NCBI GenBank assembly: GCA_963751565.1
Contig: CAVVVA010000005.1
Span: 772,197 to 836,196 of the forward strand
Length of the DNA stretch: 64,000 bases
Origin: an uncultured Actinomycetes bacterium
GTDB taxonomy: Bacteria; Actinomycetota; Thermoleophilia; UBA2241
Reading direction: 5' to 3'
Below, piece by piece: positions 31,801 to 41,210 of this stretch; positions within the stretch are counted from its first letter, which is position 1; every line of letters starts with the position of its first letter. Under the pieces are notes generated by a model that saw only the letters and a program-made list of their open reading frames with translations, was not told where the DNA came from and ran no database searches. The position numbers and the translations under genes are program-made.

Positions 31801-32431
31801 GGTCTTCTTGAGAAGCAGCTTGCGGCCCTTGTAGACGCGCAGCTCGTACCTGGTGGCGCCCGCGACCTTGCTCCACTTGAAGGTCGGCTTGGTGGTGGTG
31901 ATGGTGCCGCGGGGCGCGTAGGGATTGACGATCTTGAACCTGAAGCTCTTGCTCCAGGCTGCCAGCGCCGAGGGCGTTGCTGGCACGGACCTTCCATTTG
32001 AGGCTGACGTTCAAAGGCAGCGCCTTGCTGCTCTTCCAGGAGAGCTTCTTGAGGCCGGCCTTCTTGAGCAGCAGCTTGCCGCCTTTGTAGACCCGCAGCT
32101 CGTACCTGGTGGCGCCGGCGACCTTGCTCCACTTGAAGGTCGGCTTGGTGGTGGTAATCGTGCCCCGGGGCGATCTGGCGATGGGCTTGCCCGGCGTGGC
32201 GCCCTTGACGGCCAGCTGCGTCGGGGAGATGCCGAAGGGCGTGAAGAGTTCGGCGGCGGTCAGAGGGGACGCTGGCAAGGCGTGCTGCGCAAGAAGCGCC
32301 TGCGCCGAGAAGCCCGGCGTGACAGCTCCCGCCGATGCGATGGCGCCAAAGAGACAGAAGAGCACGCACAGCGCCAGAAGCGTCGCGGCAAGCAGTGCAC
32401 GGCGCAGACGCGACGTGCGGCGCCGACCCAT
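25809..32431 (-). CDS. Giant secreted repetitive adhesin-like protein (about 2200 aa): signal peptide, 2 FN3-like modules, about 20 Ig-like (Big/invasin-like) tandem domains, C-terminal DUF1566 (Lcl-C-like) domain. At least 2 frameshifts inside the repeats (about 26805 and 30285).
   Basis: N-terminal MGRRRTSRLRRALLAATLLALCVLFCLFGAIASAGA. Duplicated KPTFKWSKVAGATRYELRVYKG modules. Many copies of AATKGVLTTQPSGAVNGVALSGAPVVQL...TLTFTPTALTAATSGSFTLTAG. C-terminal DWYLPSKNELNELY...YYWSSSEYD...CSVRAVRSF. Confidence 0.7.
26500..31660. repeat. Coding tandem repeats: about 310-nt unit x about 6 (26.8-28.5 kb), 633-nt unit x 2 (28.79-30.05 kb), about 300-nt unit x 3 (30.75-31.65 kb). Many copies are nucleotide-identical.
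   Basis: Identical strings, e.g. gagacgttgttgttacccgagtcgcgcagctgcaccaccgg, recur with 310-312-nt period. Confidence 0.9.
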
Positions 32432-32734
32432 CGCTCGAACGAGATCCTTGTGGGCGACAGCGATCATGACTCCCCCTCCAGGAAGGTCAACGCGCGGCAT
32501 GCTCTGAGCGTCGCAGACACGAAGCGTGTCGATTCCACCCGCATGTATAGCAATATCGACAGCAGGAGTATTCGCTTTGAGTGGGCGAGCATCCTGCCGA
32601 GGCCTACCGGCGGTGCGTCGCCAACGCCCTTGGCGACGCTTGGGGAATGCACAGCGGGATCGGCTGCCCGGCTTCGCGCTGAGCCCCGAGCCTTGAGCGG
32701 CGCATGATCCTGAGATCGCGCTGGCGTGACCCGC

Positions 32735-32850
32735 ACCCCTGAAATCGGTCCACCTGCAATGTAGGGTCTCTCGACCGATCAGGAAGGAAGAACGTCATCC
32801 CACGCAAGATCTACCGCCCCGAGGAGATCATCGCCAAGCTGCGCCAGGCT
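32735..32850 (+). mobile_element. Solo IS3-family left end: terminal inverted repeat plus first about 21 codons of orfA (..KIYRPEEIIAKLRQAEVL), then unrelated sequence
   Basis: About 80% identical to 55315-55440. IR-like cctgaaatcggtccacctgcaatgtagggt. Confidence 0.55.
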
Positions 32851-33151
32851 GAGGTCCTGCCGTACGGGGGCAAAGGCGTATCTGAGCTGGCCGGCGATCT
32901 CGGACCGAGAACCGAAATGGCCACAAGCCGTACCGATTCCAGAGGGCAGAGCGAGTGCCACATGGCATGAGGCCGCGGCCTGGAGGCGGCGGGGAAGTTC
33001 TGTACCTTTCGGGGCCGATGCCGATTATGGGAGAAGCGATTGGAGTCCGCCAGGACGCACCCGCTCCCCTCGAGGCGGGCCGTGCCTCTGTCTGCCGCCG
33101 ATGCGGCCGGCTCGGGCGGCGACTCCTTGTCGGTACCGGAAGAGGAGATAC

Positions 33152-35095
33152 GTGAAATTCGCGCAGATGAACGACGAAGAGTTGCGTGACTACGTCCGCT
33201 CCCGCTCAAACGCTGAGCTCACGAACATCCTGACCATTCGCGCAGCGCAGCGACCGCACTCCCGCCGACAGCTGGCAGCGGCGTTTCACTTGCGACCCCG
33301 CCACTCCCACCGCGTCGACAAGCGGACCGAGAACGGCCACGCGGAGGAGTTGGCGAAGCTCGCGCCCCTGGTGGCTGCCGAGATCGCTCAGCGACCGCAC
33401 GACCCAAGCCTCGCGGCCGTAGCCCAACTGCTCGGCAACCGCCTGTCGGCACTTGGTCGCTTCGAGGATGCCCTGGCTACCTACGAGGAGGCACATGCCC
33501 TCTACGGGCAATTCGGTCAGGAGATCGAGGCGGCTCGCTGCACGATGAACCGTGCCACCGCGCTTGCCGGCCTGAACCGCTTCCAGGAGGCCCTCGTCAG
33601 TTTCCAGGAGGCACTGTCTGTCTTCTTGCGCCTCGGCCAGAAGCCCCAAGCAGCCCGCTGCACGATGAACCGCGCCAGCATGCTCGCCAGCCTGGGCCGC
33701 TTCGAGGAGGCCCTGGCCGGTTTCGAGGAAGCGCGAGCCGCCTACGAGCGCTGCGGTCAGCAGGTCGAGGCGGCCCACTGCATGGCGAGGCACGCCGACG
33801 CCCTGCGCAGCATGGGCCGCTTCGAGGAAGCTGCGGCAGGTTTCGACGAGGCGCGAGCCCTCCACAAGCGCTGCGGCCAGGAGGTTGAGGCGGCCAACTG
33901 CACGATGAACCGCGCCGGCGCGCTTGGCAGCCTGGGCCGCTTCCAGGAGGCTCTGGCCGGCTTCGAGGAAGCCCGAGCCGCCTACGAGCGCTGCGGCCTG
34001 GAGGTCGATGCAGCCCGCTGCATGATGGCCCACGCCAACGTGCTTGCCAGCCTGGGCCGCTTCCAGGAAGCTTTGGCCGGCTTCGAGGAGGCACAGAGAA
34101 CGCTGAAAGAGTTCGGCCAGGAGACCGACGTGGCCCGCTGCACCATGGGCCGCGCCAACTCACTTCGCGGCCTGGGCCGCTCCCAGGAGGCGCTGGCCGG
34201 TTTCGAGGAGGCACAGTCCGTCTGCTTGCGCTGCGGCCAGGAGATCGAGGCGGCCCGCTGCACCGCGAACCGCGCCAACGTGCTCGCCGGCCTGGGCCGC
34301 TTTCCGGAGGCCCTGGCCGGCTTCGAGGAGGCACAAAGCATCCTCATAGGCTTCGGTCAAGAGGCCGAGGTAGCGCTTTGTACGATGAATCGCGCCGTCG
34401 CGCTTGCCAACCTGGGTCGCTTCCGGGAGGCCCTCGCCGACTACGACAAGGCACGGTCGGTCTTCGTGCGCTGCGACCAGAAGATCGAGGCCGCCCGCTG
34501 CACAGTGAACCGCGCCAACGTGCTCGCCAGCCTCGGCCGCTTTCCGGAGGCCCTGGCCGGCTTCGAGGAGGCGCGGGCCGTCTTCGAGGGCTGCGGCCAG
34601 GAGGTTGAGGCGGCCGGCTGCACCATGAATCGCGCGGTCGCACTTGGCAACCAGGGGCGCTTCCAGGAGGCTCTGGCCGGCTACGACGAGGCACGGGCCG
34701 TCTACGAGCGATCCGGCCAGGAGATCGAAGCAGCCCGTTGCACAATGAATCGCGCCAACGCACTTGCCAGCCTGGGGCGCTTCGCGGAGGCCTCTACGCG
34801 CTACGTGGAGGCGAAGACCGTCTACACGCAATTTGGCCGGGAGATCGAGGTGGCCCGCTGCACGATGGGCCATGCGAGCACACTGGCGAGCTTGGGCCGG
34901 CTCCAGGAGGCTCTGGCCGGCTTCGAGGAAGCGCGCGCCGTCTACAGGCGATTCGGCCGGAAGATCGAGGCAGCCCGCTGCACAATGAATCGCGCGGTCG
35001 CGCTCAGCAGCCTGGGCCGCTTCGACGAGGCCTCGGCCGGTTTCGACGAGGCGCGGGCCGTCTATGCGCGCTTCTGCCAGGCGTCTCGGTCGTGA
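33152..35095 (+). CDS. Repeat protein with 14 x 40-aa TPR-like repeats carrying an invariant A-x-C-T-M-N-R-A motif
   Basis: 120-nt tandem periodicity from about 33.49 kb to 35.08 kb. Consensus ARCTMNRAxALAxLGRFxEALAGFEEARAVYxRxGQEIEA. AGGAGA RBS 4 nt before GTG 33152 (ATG alternative at 33167). Confidence 0.7.
   Translation: MKFAQMNDEELRDYVRSRSNAELTNILTIRAAQRPHSRRQLAAAFHLRPRHSHRVDKRTENGHAEELAKLAPLVAAEIAQRPHDPSLAAVAQLLGNRLSALGRFEDALATYEEAHALYGQFGQEIEAARCTMNRATALAGLNRFQEALVSFQEALSVFLRLGQKPQAARCTMNRASMLASLGRFEEALAGFEEARAAYERCGQQVEAAHCMARHADALRSMGRFEEAAAGFDEARALHKRCGQEVEAANCTMNRAGALGSLGRFQEALAGFEEARAAYERCGLEVDAARCMMAHANVLASLGRFQEALAGFEEAQRTLKEFGQETDVARCTMGRANSLRGLGRSQEALAGFEEAQSVCLRCGQEIEAARCTANRANVLAGLGRFPEALAGFEEAQSILIGFGQEAEVALCTMNRAVALANLGRFREALADYDKARSVFVRCDQKIEAARCTVNRANVLASLGRFPEALAGFEEARAVFEGCGQEVEAAGCTMNRAVALGNQGRFQEALAGYDEARAVYERSGQEIEAARCTMNRANALASLGRFAEASTRYVEAKTVYTQFGREIEVARCTMGHASTLASLGRLQEALAGFEEARAVYRRFGRKIEAARCTMNRAVALSSLGRFDEASAGFDEARAVYARFCQASRS
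33470..35085. repeat. 120-nt coding tandem repeat array (about 14 units)
   Basis: Recurring gcccgctgcac(g/a)atgaaccgcgcc every 120 nt. Confidence 0.85.
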
Positions 35096-35159
35096 TGGCC
35101 TTGGACCTGGTCCGAGCGGTCGACGGCCAGTCGCGCAAGAGACTGGGAGTGGTCGCACG

Positions 35160-35849
35160 ATGACTGCCCACGAGCCGTGGGCTGCGAGAAGCAAGTTGCG
35201 CGACGCCTTGGCAGAGGCAGTCGCAAGCTACGCCGCGGCAGAAGCGGCCGCAAGCCATGCGGCCCCGGGCGAAGCGGCTCCCGACGATCAGTCGGCCGGC
35301 GGCGTCGACGACGCGACGCACGATGGCGCCCAGCAAGCTGCGCCGGCCGTCGCCCGACAGGCGCCCGCCACCAGCGCGGCGACCAGGGACGATGGGCACG
35401 CGGCTCGCGTGCCCAGCGGCGCCATGGAACGCGACCAGTATCTCGACGATCTGCAGCGCCTCAAGGCCGAGTTCGAGAACTACCGCAAGCGCGTCCAGCG
35501 CGACAACAAGGCGCTCGTGCTGCGCGCCGGCGAAGGTGTGCTCGAGTCGCTGCTGCCGGTGCTCGACAACATGCAGCGCGCGCTCGAGTCGGCCGAACGG
35601 CACGAGGAGGGACAGCTGATCAAGGGTGTGGAGCTCGTCTCTGGGCAGTTGCGCGCGGTGCTCGAGGGACACGGCCTCGACGAGGTGCCCGCCGAACCCG
35701 GCCTGCCGTTCGACCCCACCGTGCACGAAGCGGTCGTCGCCCAGGAATCCGGGGAGCACACCGAGGGCACGATCGTCGCCGTGCTCGAGCGGGGCTACCT
35801 GCTGCACGGCCGCCTGCTGCGGCCGGCGCGAGTCATCGTGGCGAGCTAG
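35160..35849 (+). CDS. grpE: GrpE nucleotide exchange factor
   Basis: DQYLDDLQRLKAEFENYRKRVQRD ... FDPTVHEAV ... GYLLHGRLLRPARV. Confidence 0.85.
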   Translation: MTAHEPWAARSKLRDALAEAVASYAAAEAAASHAAPGEAAPDDQSAGGVDDATHDGAQQAAPAVARQAPATSAATRDDGHAARVPSGAMERDQYLDDLQRLKAEFENYRKRVQRDNKALVLRAGEGVLESLLPVLDNMQRALESAERHEEGQLIKGVELVSGQLRAVLEGHGLDEVPAEPGLPFDPTVHEAVVAQESGEHTEGTIVAVLERGYLLHGRLLRPARVIVAS

Positions 35850-35852
35850 CCG

Positions 35853-36281
35853 ATGGCCGATTTCTACCAGACCCTGGGCGTAGCCCGCAGCGCCTCGTCC
35901 ACCGAGATCCGCAAGGCGTTTCGCAAGCTGGCGCGCAGGTACCACCCCGACACCAACGCCAGCGACAAGGCGTCCGAGGAGAAGTTCAAGGAGGCCAACG
36001 AGGCCCACCGAACCCTCTCCGACCCCGACAAGCGCAAGCAGTACGACGACCTCCTGCGCCTGGGCGCCTTCGACTCGCGGGCGAACGGCGGATCTGGGCC
36101 GGATCGCGGCGGCTCTCAGGGCTTCGACCCGCGCATGTTCCAGCGGGCCGAGCAGACCTTTCAGATGGGCGACTTCGGCGACATCCTCGCGAACCTCTTC
36201 GACAGCGTGGGACAGAACGGGTGCCGCGCTCGCGACCTGCAGGCCGACGTCACGGCCTCGTTCGACGGTTCCGTGGGGTGA
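35853..36281 (+). CDS. dnaJ: DnaJ N-terminal fragment: J domain plus G/F region only. Zinc-finger and C-terminal domains absent.
   Basis: DFYQTLGV...YHPD J-domain. Ends at [18 protein letters not shown], exactly where the CxxCxGxG zinc-finger region of full-length DnaJ would start. Downstream sequence is unrelated. Confidence 0.7.
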   Translation: MADFYQTLGVARSASSTEIRKAFRKLARRYHPDTNASDKASEEKFKEANEAHRTLSDPDKRKQYDDLLRLGAFDSRANGGSGPDRGGSQGFDPRMFQRAEQTFQMGDFGDILANLFDSVGQNGCRARDLQADVTASFDGSVG

Positions 36282-36345
36282 TGCGCGAACGGTTCGCGCC
36301 GGCGGAGGAAGTCACCGACATCGGTGCTAGAGGGGCGGGCAAGAG

Positions 36346-37347
36346 CTACAGAGAGCCGCGCAGCGAGCGCTCCCACAGGTCCCATCGTTTGACGACCCGC
36401 ATCCCCATACGCTCGTAGAGCGCCGTGGCGCCGGTCGGGTTCTCGGCATCGACGCTCAGGACCACGCGCCGGAGTCCACGCCGCGAGAACGTGGTCAAGG
36501 AGCGCCGCAGGAGGGCCGCCCCGATCCCACGGCCCCGGTGGGGCGCCAGGACCCCGAGTAAGTCCACCCAGCCGCGTCCGCCCTGCACGCTCCCGGTTAG
36601 GGCGCCGACCGGCCGCCCTCCCTCCGAAGCCAGCAGCCACAGCGTGGGGTCGTAGCTCGGGCTCTCCGTAAGCTCCTCTGCCCACTGATCGAACGGCTCC
36701 GGGTGGTGGTCCCAGTGGTCGGCGAACGCCTCGTCGAGGACCGCATGGATTGTTGGGAGATCGCTGGGGGACTCGATCCCGGTGATGTCGATCGCTCTTG
36801 GCGCCGGGCCCGGCTCGAACGGGCCCGTGAGGTCGATCTGCATATGCCAGAAGTGACGGACCGGTCGCAGGCCCCGGGCTTGGAGCATCGCCGCCACGGC
36901 ACGGTCACCTGCGTTGATCGCGTGGCGGAACCGGACGGACGGCAGTCCGGCCAGCAGGTGCGGCGCGCGCTCCTCGATCCGATCCAAGAGCGACGAGCCG
37001 ATCCCCCGTCCCCGGAGCTCGGGGTGGACGACCCCCCAGGACTCGACGACGTTCGGCTCCTCGCGCTTGGCCTGCCCGTACCCGACGATCGTCCCCGCGC
37101 CGTCGACCACGACCCAGGCGTCGGTGACGAGATCGAAGCCCACCCGGCGCCACTCTTCCCACAGGAAGTCCTCGTCCAGGACGATCTGCCCGGCGTCGTC
37201 GAGCTCGTCGGCGATGAGCACATCGGCCACCGCACCGAGGTCGTCCGGGGTCGGCGCTCGGAACTCGTATCCGGCGGGGAGATCCATAACGGGAGTGTAT
37301 CGCCCTCTCGGCTCTTGGGCCGCTCCGCGCGTTCGGTTCAGCGGCAT
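36346..37347 (-). CDS. Tandem-GNAT N-acetyltransferase (two GNAT domains; mycothiol-synthase MshD-like architecture)
   Basis: Two acetyl-CoA motifs: ELRGRGIGSSLL and HRGRGIGAALL. AGGAGGG RBS 7 nt before ATG 37347. Confidence 0.6.
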   Translation of the reverse strand: MPLNRTRGAAQEPRGRYTPVMDLPAGYEFRAPTPDDLGAVADVLIADELDDAGQIVLDEDFLWEEWRRVGFDLVTDAWVVVDGAGTIVGYGQAKREEPNVVESWGVVHPELRGRGIGSSLLDRIEERAPHLLAGLPSVRFRHAINAGDRAVAAMLQARGLRPVRHFWHMQIDLTGPFEPGPAPRAIDITGIESPSDLPTIHAVLDEAFADHWDHHPEPFDQWAEELTESPSYDPTLWLLASEGGRPVGALTGSVQGGRGWVDLLGVLAPHRGRGIGAALLRRSLTTFSRRGLRRVVLSVDAENPTGATALYERMGMRVVKRWDLWERSLRGSL

Positions 37348-37769
37348 CGTGCAACCCTCCTGCAACCACAGGTGGCGCCAGTGGGTGGCGCTCAATGTTA
37401 CTGGGCGACAGATCGGCTCGGTTACCCACTCGTGGAACGACACACTGTGGCACTCGGCGACACTACCTGGCACAGACCCCAGCGCCCTCTCAGGGCGGTG
37501 TGAGGGCGCTCGCGCAAAGGACACGTTCCCTCCTGCGGCGAATCAGTCCGGCATGGTCTGCGACGTTGCCGTGTCGATACCGTCGGGCGGCTACCGGCAT
37601 GAGGTCGCCCGACACAAGCCGCCTGTACTCGTGGGTTGCCCATCGCCACGCCGTGGCGTGCTGAGAAGCCAGTGACCACGCTCTCGGACCCCGATGCCTG
37701 ACTGGCTCTCCGCAGGTCGGCCGAGCTTGGAGCGCGCTGTGGCAGCGGCCCGACGGGCTGCGCGGCGCG

Positions 37770-39029
37770 ATGGTCCGCAACACCGGCTACTCCACGGCGG
37801 GACAGGTGCTCAGCGTCCTCGGGGCCACCATCGGCGCGGTCGTGACGGCTCGACTCCTCGGGCCGGCGGGACGAGGCGAGTACGCCGCGGCGATCTCCGC
37901 CGTCGGCATCGTCGCCATCGTCTCTCTCTTCGGTTGCGGCATGGCCGCCCCGAGCCATATCGCCCGGGGATCGCTCGGGCTCAAAGGCTGTCTGTGGTTG
38001 ACGGCCGGCCTCGGCTGCGCCGGCGCCGCCGTCACGCTCCTCGTCGAGGCGATCGTCGGCGCACACGTGCACCTGCTCGGTGGCGCGATCGACGGCTGGA
38101 TCCTGGCGCTCGGCGCGGCGGCGCTCGTCGTCGGCGCCATGCAGGGCGCCGTGGCCAGCGGCTTCGGCCGGCTTGGCTCGAGCGCCGCGAACCAGGTAGT
38201 CACCACCGCCGTCACGGCGGCATGTCTGCTGTTGATTCTGCCGCTCGTGCCGCATGAGTCGCGGCTGCGGATAGCATTGATCTTGTGGATGGCGGGCCAG
38301 TGGGTGGGCGACGTGGCAGGATGGCTTCTGCTGCTGCGGAACCCGCCGGTGAGCGCCCAGGCCACGCGATTCTCCCTTCGCGGCTTCACGCGCTTCGCAG
38401 CCGCGGCGTATCCGGGCACGATCGTGGGCCAACTGGCGTTCCGCCTTGACATCGTGCTGCTACCGCTGCTCGCCACGCGGGCCGACACCGGCGTCTACTC
38501 CATCGCAGTCGTGGCCGGGGGGCTGGTCGCCATGGTACCGAGCGCGCTCGCTCAGGCCATGGTGTCGCCCCTCGGTGTCGTGAGCGGCCAGAGGGCCGCG
38601 CGTATCGCTCGCCAAGGCGTGCTCGCCGCGCTCACGGCGGCTACGCTCACGGGAGTTGTCCTCCTGGGAGCCCTGTCGATGCTGGCGGTCCCGCTGCTTG
38701 GACAGGGCTACGCCGCTCTGCCGCGCGTGTTCGCGGTGCTTCTCCCTGGAGTCGTCGTGTTCGCGCCGGTCTCCGTCATGGTGAGCTACGCGAACACGAC
38801 CCTGGTGCGGCCCCACATCGCCTCGCTCGTTGCCGGACTTCTGGCGAGCATCGACATCGCGCTGCTCGTGGTCTTCGCGCCCCGCTACGGGGCAAGTGGC
38901 GCGGCCCTGGCATCGAGCATCAGCTATGCCTGCGCGGCTGGGGTCATGGCGATCCTCACGAGACGCGCTGCCCTGCCCGGCAGCTCCTCGGCGATGCAGC
39001 GCCCAACCTACGAAGGATCCAAGGTATGA
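37770..39029 (+). CDS. Wzx-type oligosaccharide flippase (polysaccharide biosynthesis protein family)
   Basis: 419 aa, about 12 TM helices, N-terminal pattern typical of the MOP/Wzx family. Confidence 0.65.
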   Translation: MVRNTGYSTAGQVLSVLGATIGAVVTARLLGPAGRGEYAAAISAVGIVAIVSLFGCGMAAPSHIARGSLGLKGCLWLTAGLGCAGAAVTLLVEAIVGAHVHLLGGAIDGWILALGAAALVVGAMQGAVASGFGRLGSSAANQVVTTAVTAACLLLILPLVPHESRLRIALILWMAGQWVGDVAGWLLLLRNPPVSAQATRFSLRGFTRFAAAAYPGTIVGQLAFRLDIVLLPLLATRADTGVYSIAVVAGGLVAMVPSALAQAMVSPLGVVSGQRAARIARQGVLAALTAATLTGVVLLGALSMLAVPLLGQGYAALPRVFAVLLPGVVVFAPVSVMVSYANTTLVRPHIASLVAGLLASIDIALLVVFAPRYGASGAALASSISYACAAGVMAILTRRAALPGSSSAMQRPTYEGSKV

Positions 39030-39675
39030 ATCTTCCTGAAACGAGCGCACCGGCATTGCAGCAGACGCGCCGCGCCGGGAGGTTCGACGCGCCAAGGCCG
39101 GTCAAGGAGGCTGTCAAGGCCACGATCCTCAGAGTGAAGCGAATCGAGACCGACACCGGAGAACTGCCTCTGCCAGCATCCGTCCGTCGGTCGTTCGGAG
39201 CGGTGAAGGGACCGTCAAGGTCGGCCGGGGAAGCTCAGTCGGGCGACGTTGCGAGCTGCAGGCCTACGGCGGTTCGATCTCGTTGGGGAATCGCTCGAGT
39301 CTGGCGGGTGACGTCCGTCTCATCACCTACAGCGGCAGCATCCGCATCGGGAACGACAGCGTCATCGTGAGTTACTCGCTCGTCTACGGCGGCGGCGGGG
39401 TGACCATCGGCGACCATGTCCTCATCGGCAACCACTGCGTAATCAGCGGCCTCGATCACACGTATTCGGACCGTGAAAGCGTCGCCCGATCGCCGATGCG
39501 CGAGGCGCCGGTCTTCATTGGAGACGACGTCTGGATCGGCAGCTACTGCCTCGTGATGGCGGGCGTGACGATCGGCGAAGGTGCGATCGTCGGGGCCCAC
39601 TCGCTGGTCCGTGACGACGTGCCGCCCTTCGCGGTCGTTGTCGGGCAGCCTGCTCGCGTCGTGCGCATGCGCTGA
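39026..39675 (+). CDS. Left-handed beta-helix (hexapeptide) sugar O-acetyltransferase, one frameshift near 39210
   Basis: Frame A MNLPETS...ASVRRSFGAVKG joins frame B TVKVGRGSSVGRRCELQAYGGSISLGNRSSLAGDVRLITYSG...IGDHVLIGNHCVI...VVGQPARVVR. Confidence 0.65.
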
Positions 39676-41210
39676 TGGGCGTCAGCGCCCTCACTAGTCG
39701 CCTGCCGCGCAGCCTCGATGCGCGGGTCCGGCGCGGCAACACGGACCCGTCGTGGATCGCCCTCCCCACGCTCGCCGTCCTCTCGGGAGCTGTCTGCGGT
39801 CTTGCCGCCAGCAGGCTCCCGATCGTCATCATCCTGGGCCTCGCGTGCGGTTGCGCGTGGCTCGCGAGCACCCGCAGGTATCCCGGCGTTGCTCTCGGAC
39901 TCTGGGTCTTGCTGGCTACGAACACGATCCCGTTCGTGAACGTGGACTCGTTTCGCGTCCCCGGCGCGTTTCGCCCCGAGGATGCCGTCCTTCTGATCCT
40001 GGTGGTGGCGGCCGGCCTGGCCGCAGCCAGTGGCGTGCGCCCCGCACCCCTCGGCGCCTGGCTGCGCTGCGGCTTGATCATGTTCGGGGCCGCCTGGCTG
40101 ATGACGCTGGTGCGCTCCTGGTTGGCCGACGACATCCCGGTGCTGCAGGCCGCGCTGTTCGGACGCGACTTCCTGTTCTACGCTACGACGCTTGTCGCGG
40201 CCCGCTACCTGCTGTGCCGGGGACGGAGCGAGGTAATCAAGGCTCTGGCCACCATGACCGGCGGTGCACTCATCTACGCTCTGGCGCAGATCGCCTACCA
40301 GGTGACCGGCGTTCATGCAGGTTGGATCGTCCATCCGCACATGGAGGATCTGTCGACCTCGGTCGTGCGGACCTACCAGAACTCGACCACGCTCGTTTGG
40401 CTTCTGGTCCCGATCACCCTCGCGGTCGGCCTGGGAACGGTCGGCAGGTGGCGCGGGGTCTGGCTGCTGGCCGCCGTCGTGCTGGGCCTCGCGACGCTCT
40501 TCGACCAGACGCGAGCCTCTTACATCGGGATGGCGGTCGGAATTCTCGTCGTCATGGCGTTCATGTTCAAGGGCCGGTGGGCGCACTCCGGCGTGCGCCG
40601 CCTGTATGTGCTGCTCCTCGCGATCGTCGTGGCCGCGGCCGTGATCACTCCGTTGGCATCTAGCTCTCTGCAGGGCGTGGCCGACACGGTCGCCAACCGG
40701 GCAACCTCGATCGTCGCCGTGCTCGGTCGGTCGGGCGAAGCTGCCCCGGTCACCTGGTCGTATCGACAGGATCTGGCACATGACATGCTGGTCGTGCTCG
40801 GTCCGGCATGGCCGATCGGTCTGGGCTTCCTGCACCCTGCCACACATTACGTCGCCGGCCTGCCGGAAGGCAGCATACGCAACAGCGATCTCGGCCTCAT
40901 GCAGGTCCTCATGACCATGGGGGTCCTGGGGCTGGCGCTGCTGCTGTCGATCGTCCTGGTGCCGGCCGGCAGCGCCGTGCGCTGGCTGCTCGTCGCCACG
41001 GGAGAGGTCGGGTCCGCCGACCTTGGGCACGTGATCGTGTCCGGTGCGGTCGCGTCGGTCGCGAGCGCGCTGGCGGCGAGCATGACGCTGGGCACGTTCG
41101 CGGAGGGCCCGTCGGCCATGGTCGCCGGTGTCATCGTCGCGGTCGTTCTCATCGAGATCGCGGTGGACGGCCGTCATACGGCCGCGCGTCACTGGGAGCG
41201 GCAAGCGTGA
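39675..41210 (+). CDS. O-antigen ligase / Wzy-like polymerase family membrane protein
   Basis: 511 aa, about 11 TM helices plus periplasmic-loop architecture. TGATG overlap with upstream gene. Confidence 0.55.
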   Translation: MGVSALTSRLPRSLDARVRRGNTDPSWIALPTLAVLSGAVCGLAASRLPIVIILGLACGCAWLASTRRYPGVALGLWVLLATNTIPFVNVDSFRVPGAFRPEDAVLLILVVAAGLAAASGVRPAPLGAWLRCGLIMFGAAWLMTLVRSWLADDIPVLQAALFGRDFLFYATTLVAARYLLCRGRSEVIKALATMTGGALIYALAQIAYQVTGVHAGWIVHPHMEDLSTSVVRTYQNSTTLVWLLVPITLAVGLGTVGRWRGVWLLAAVVLGLATLFDQTRASYIGMAVGILVVMAFMFKGRWAHSGVRRLYVLLLAIVVAAAVITPLASSSLQGVADTVANRATSIVAVLGRSGEAAPVTWSYRQDLAHDMLVVLGPAWPIGLGFLHPATHYVAGLPEGSIRNSDLGLMQVLMTMGVLGLALLLSIVLVPAGSAVRWLLVATGEVGSADLGHVIVSGAVASVASALAASMTLGTFAEGPSAMVAGVIVAVVLIEIAVDGRHTAARHWERQA

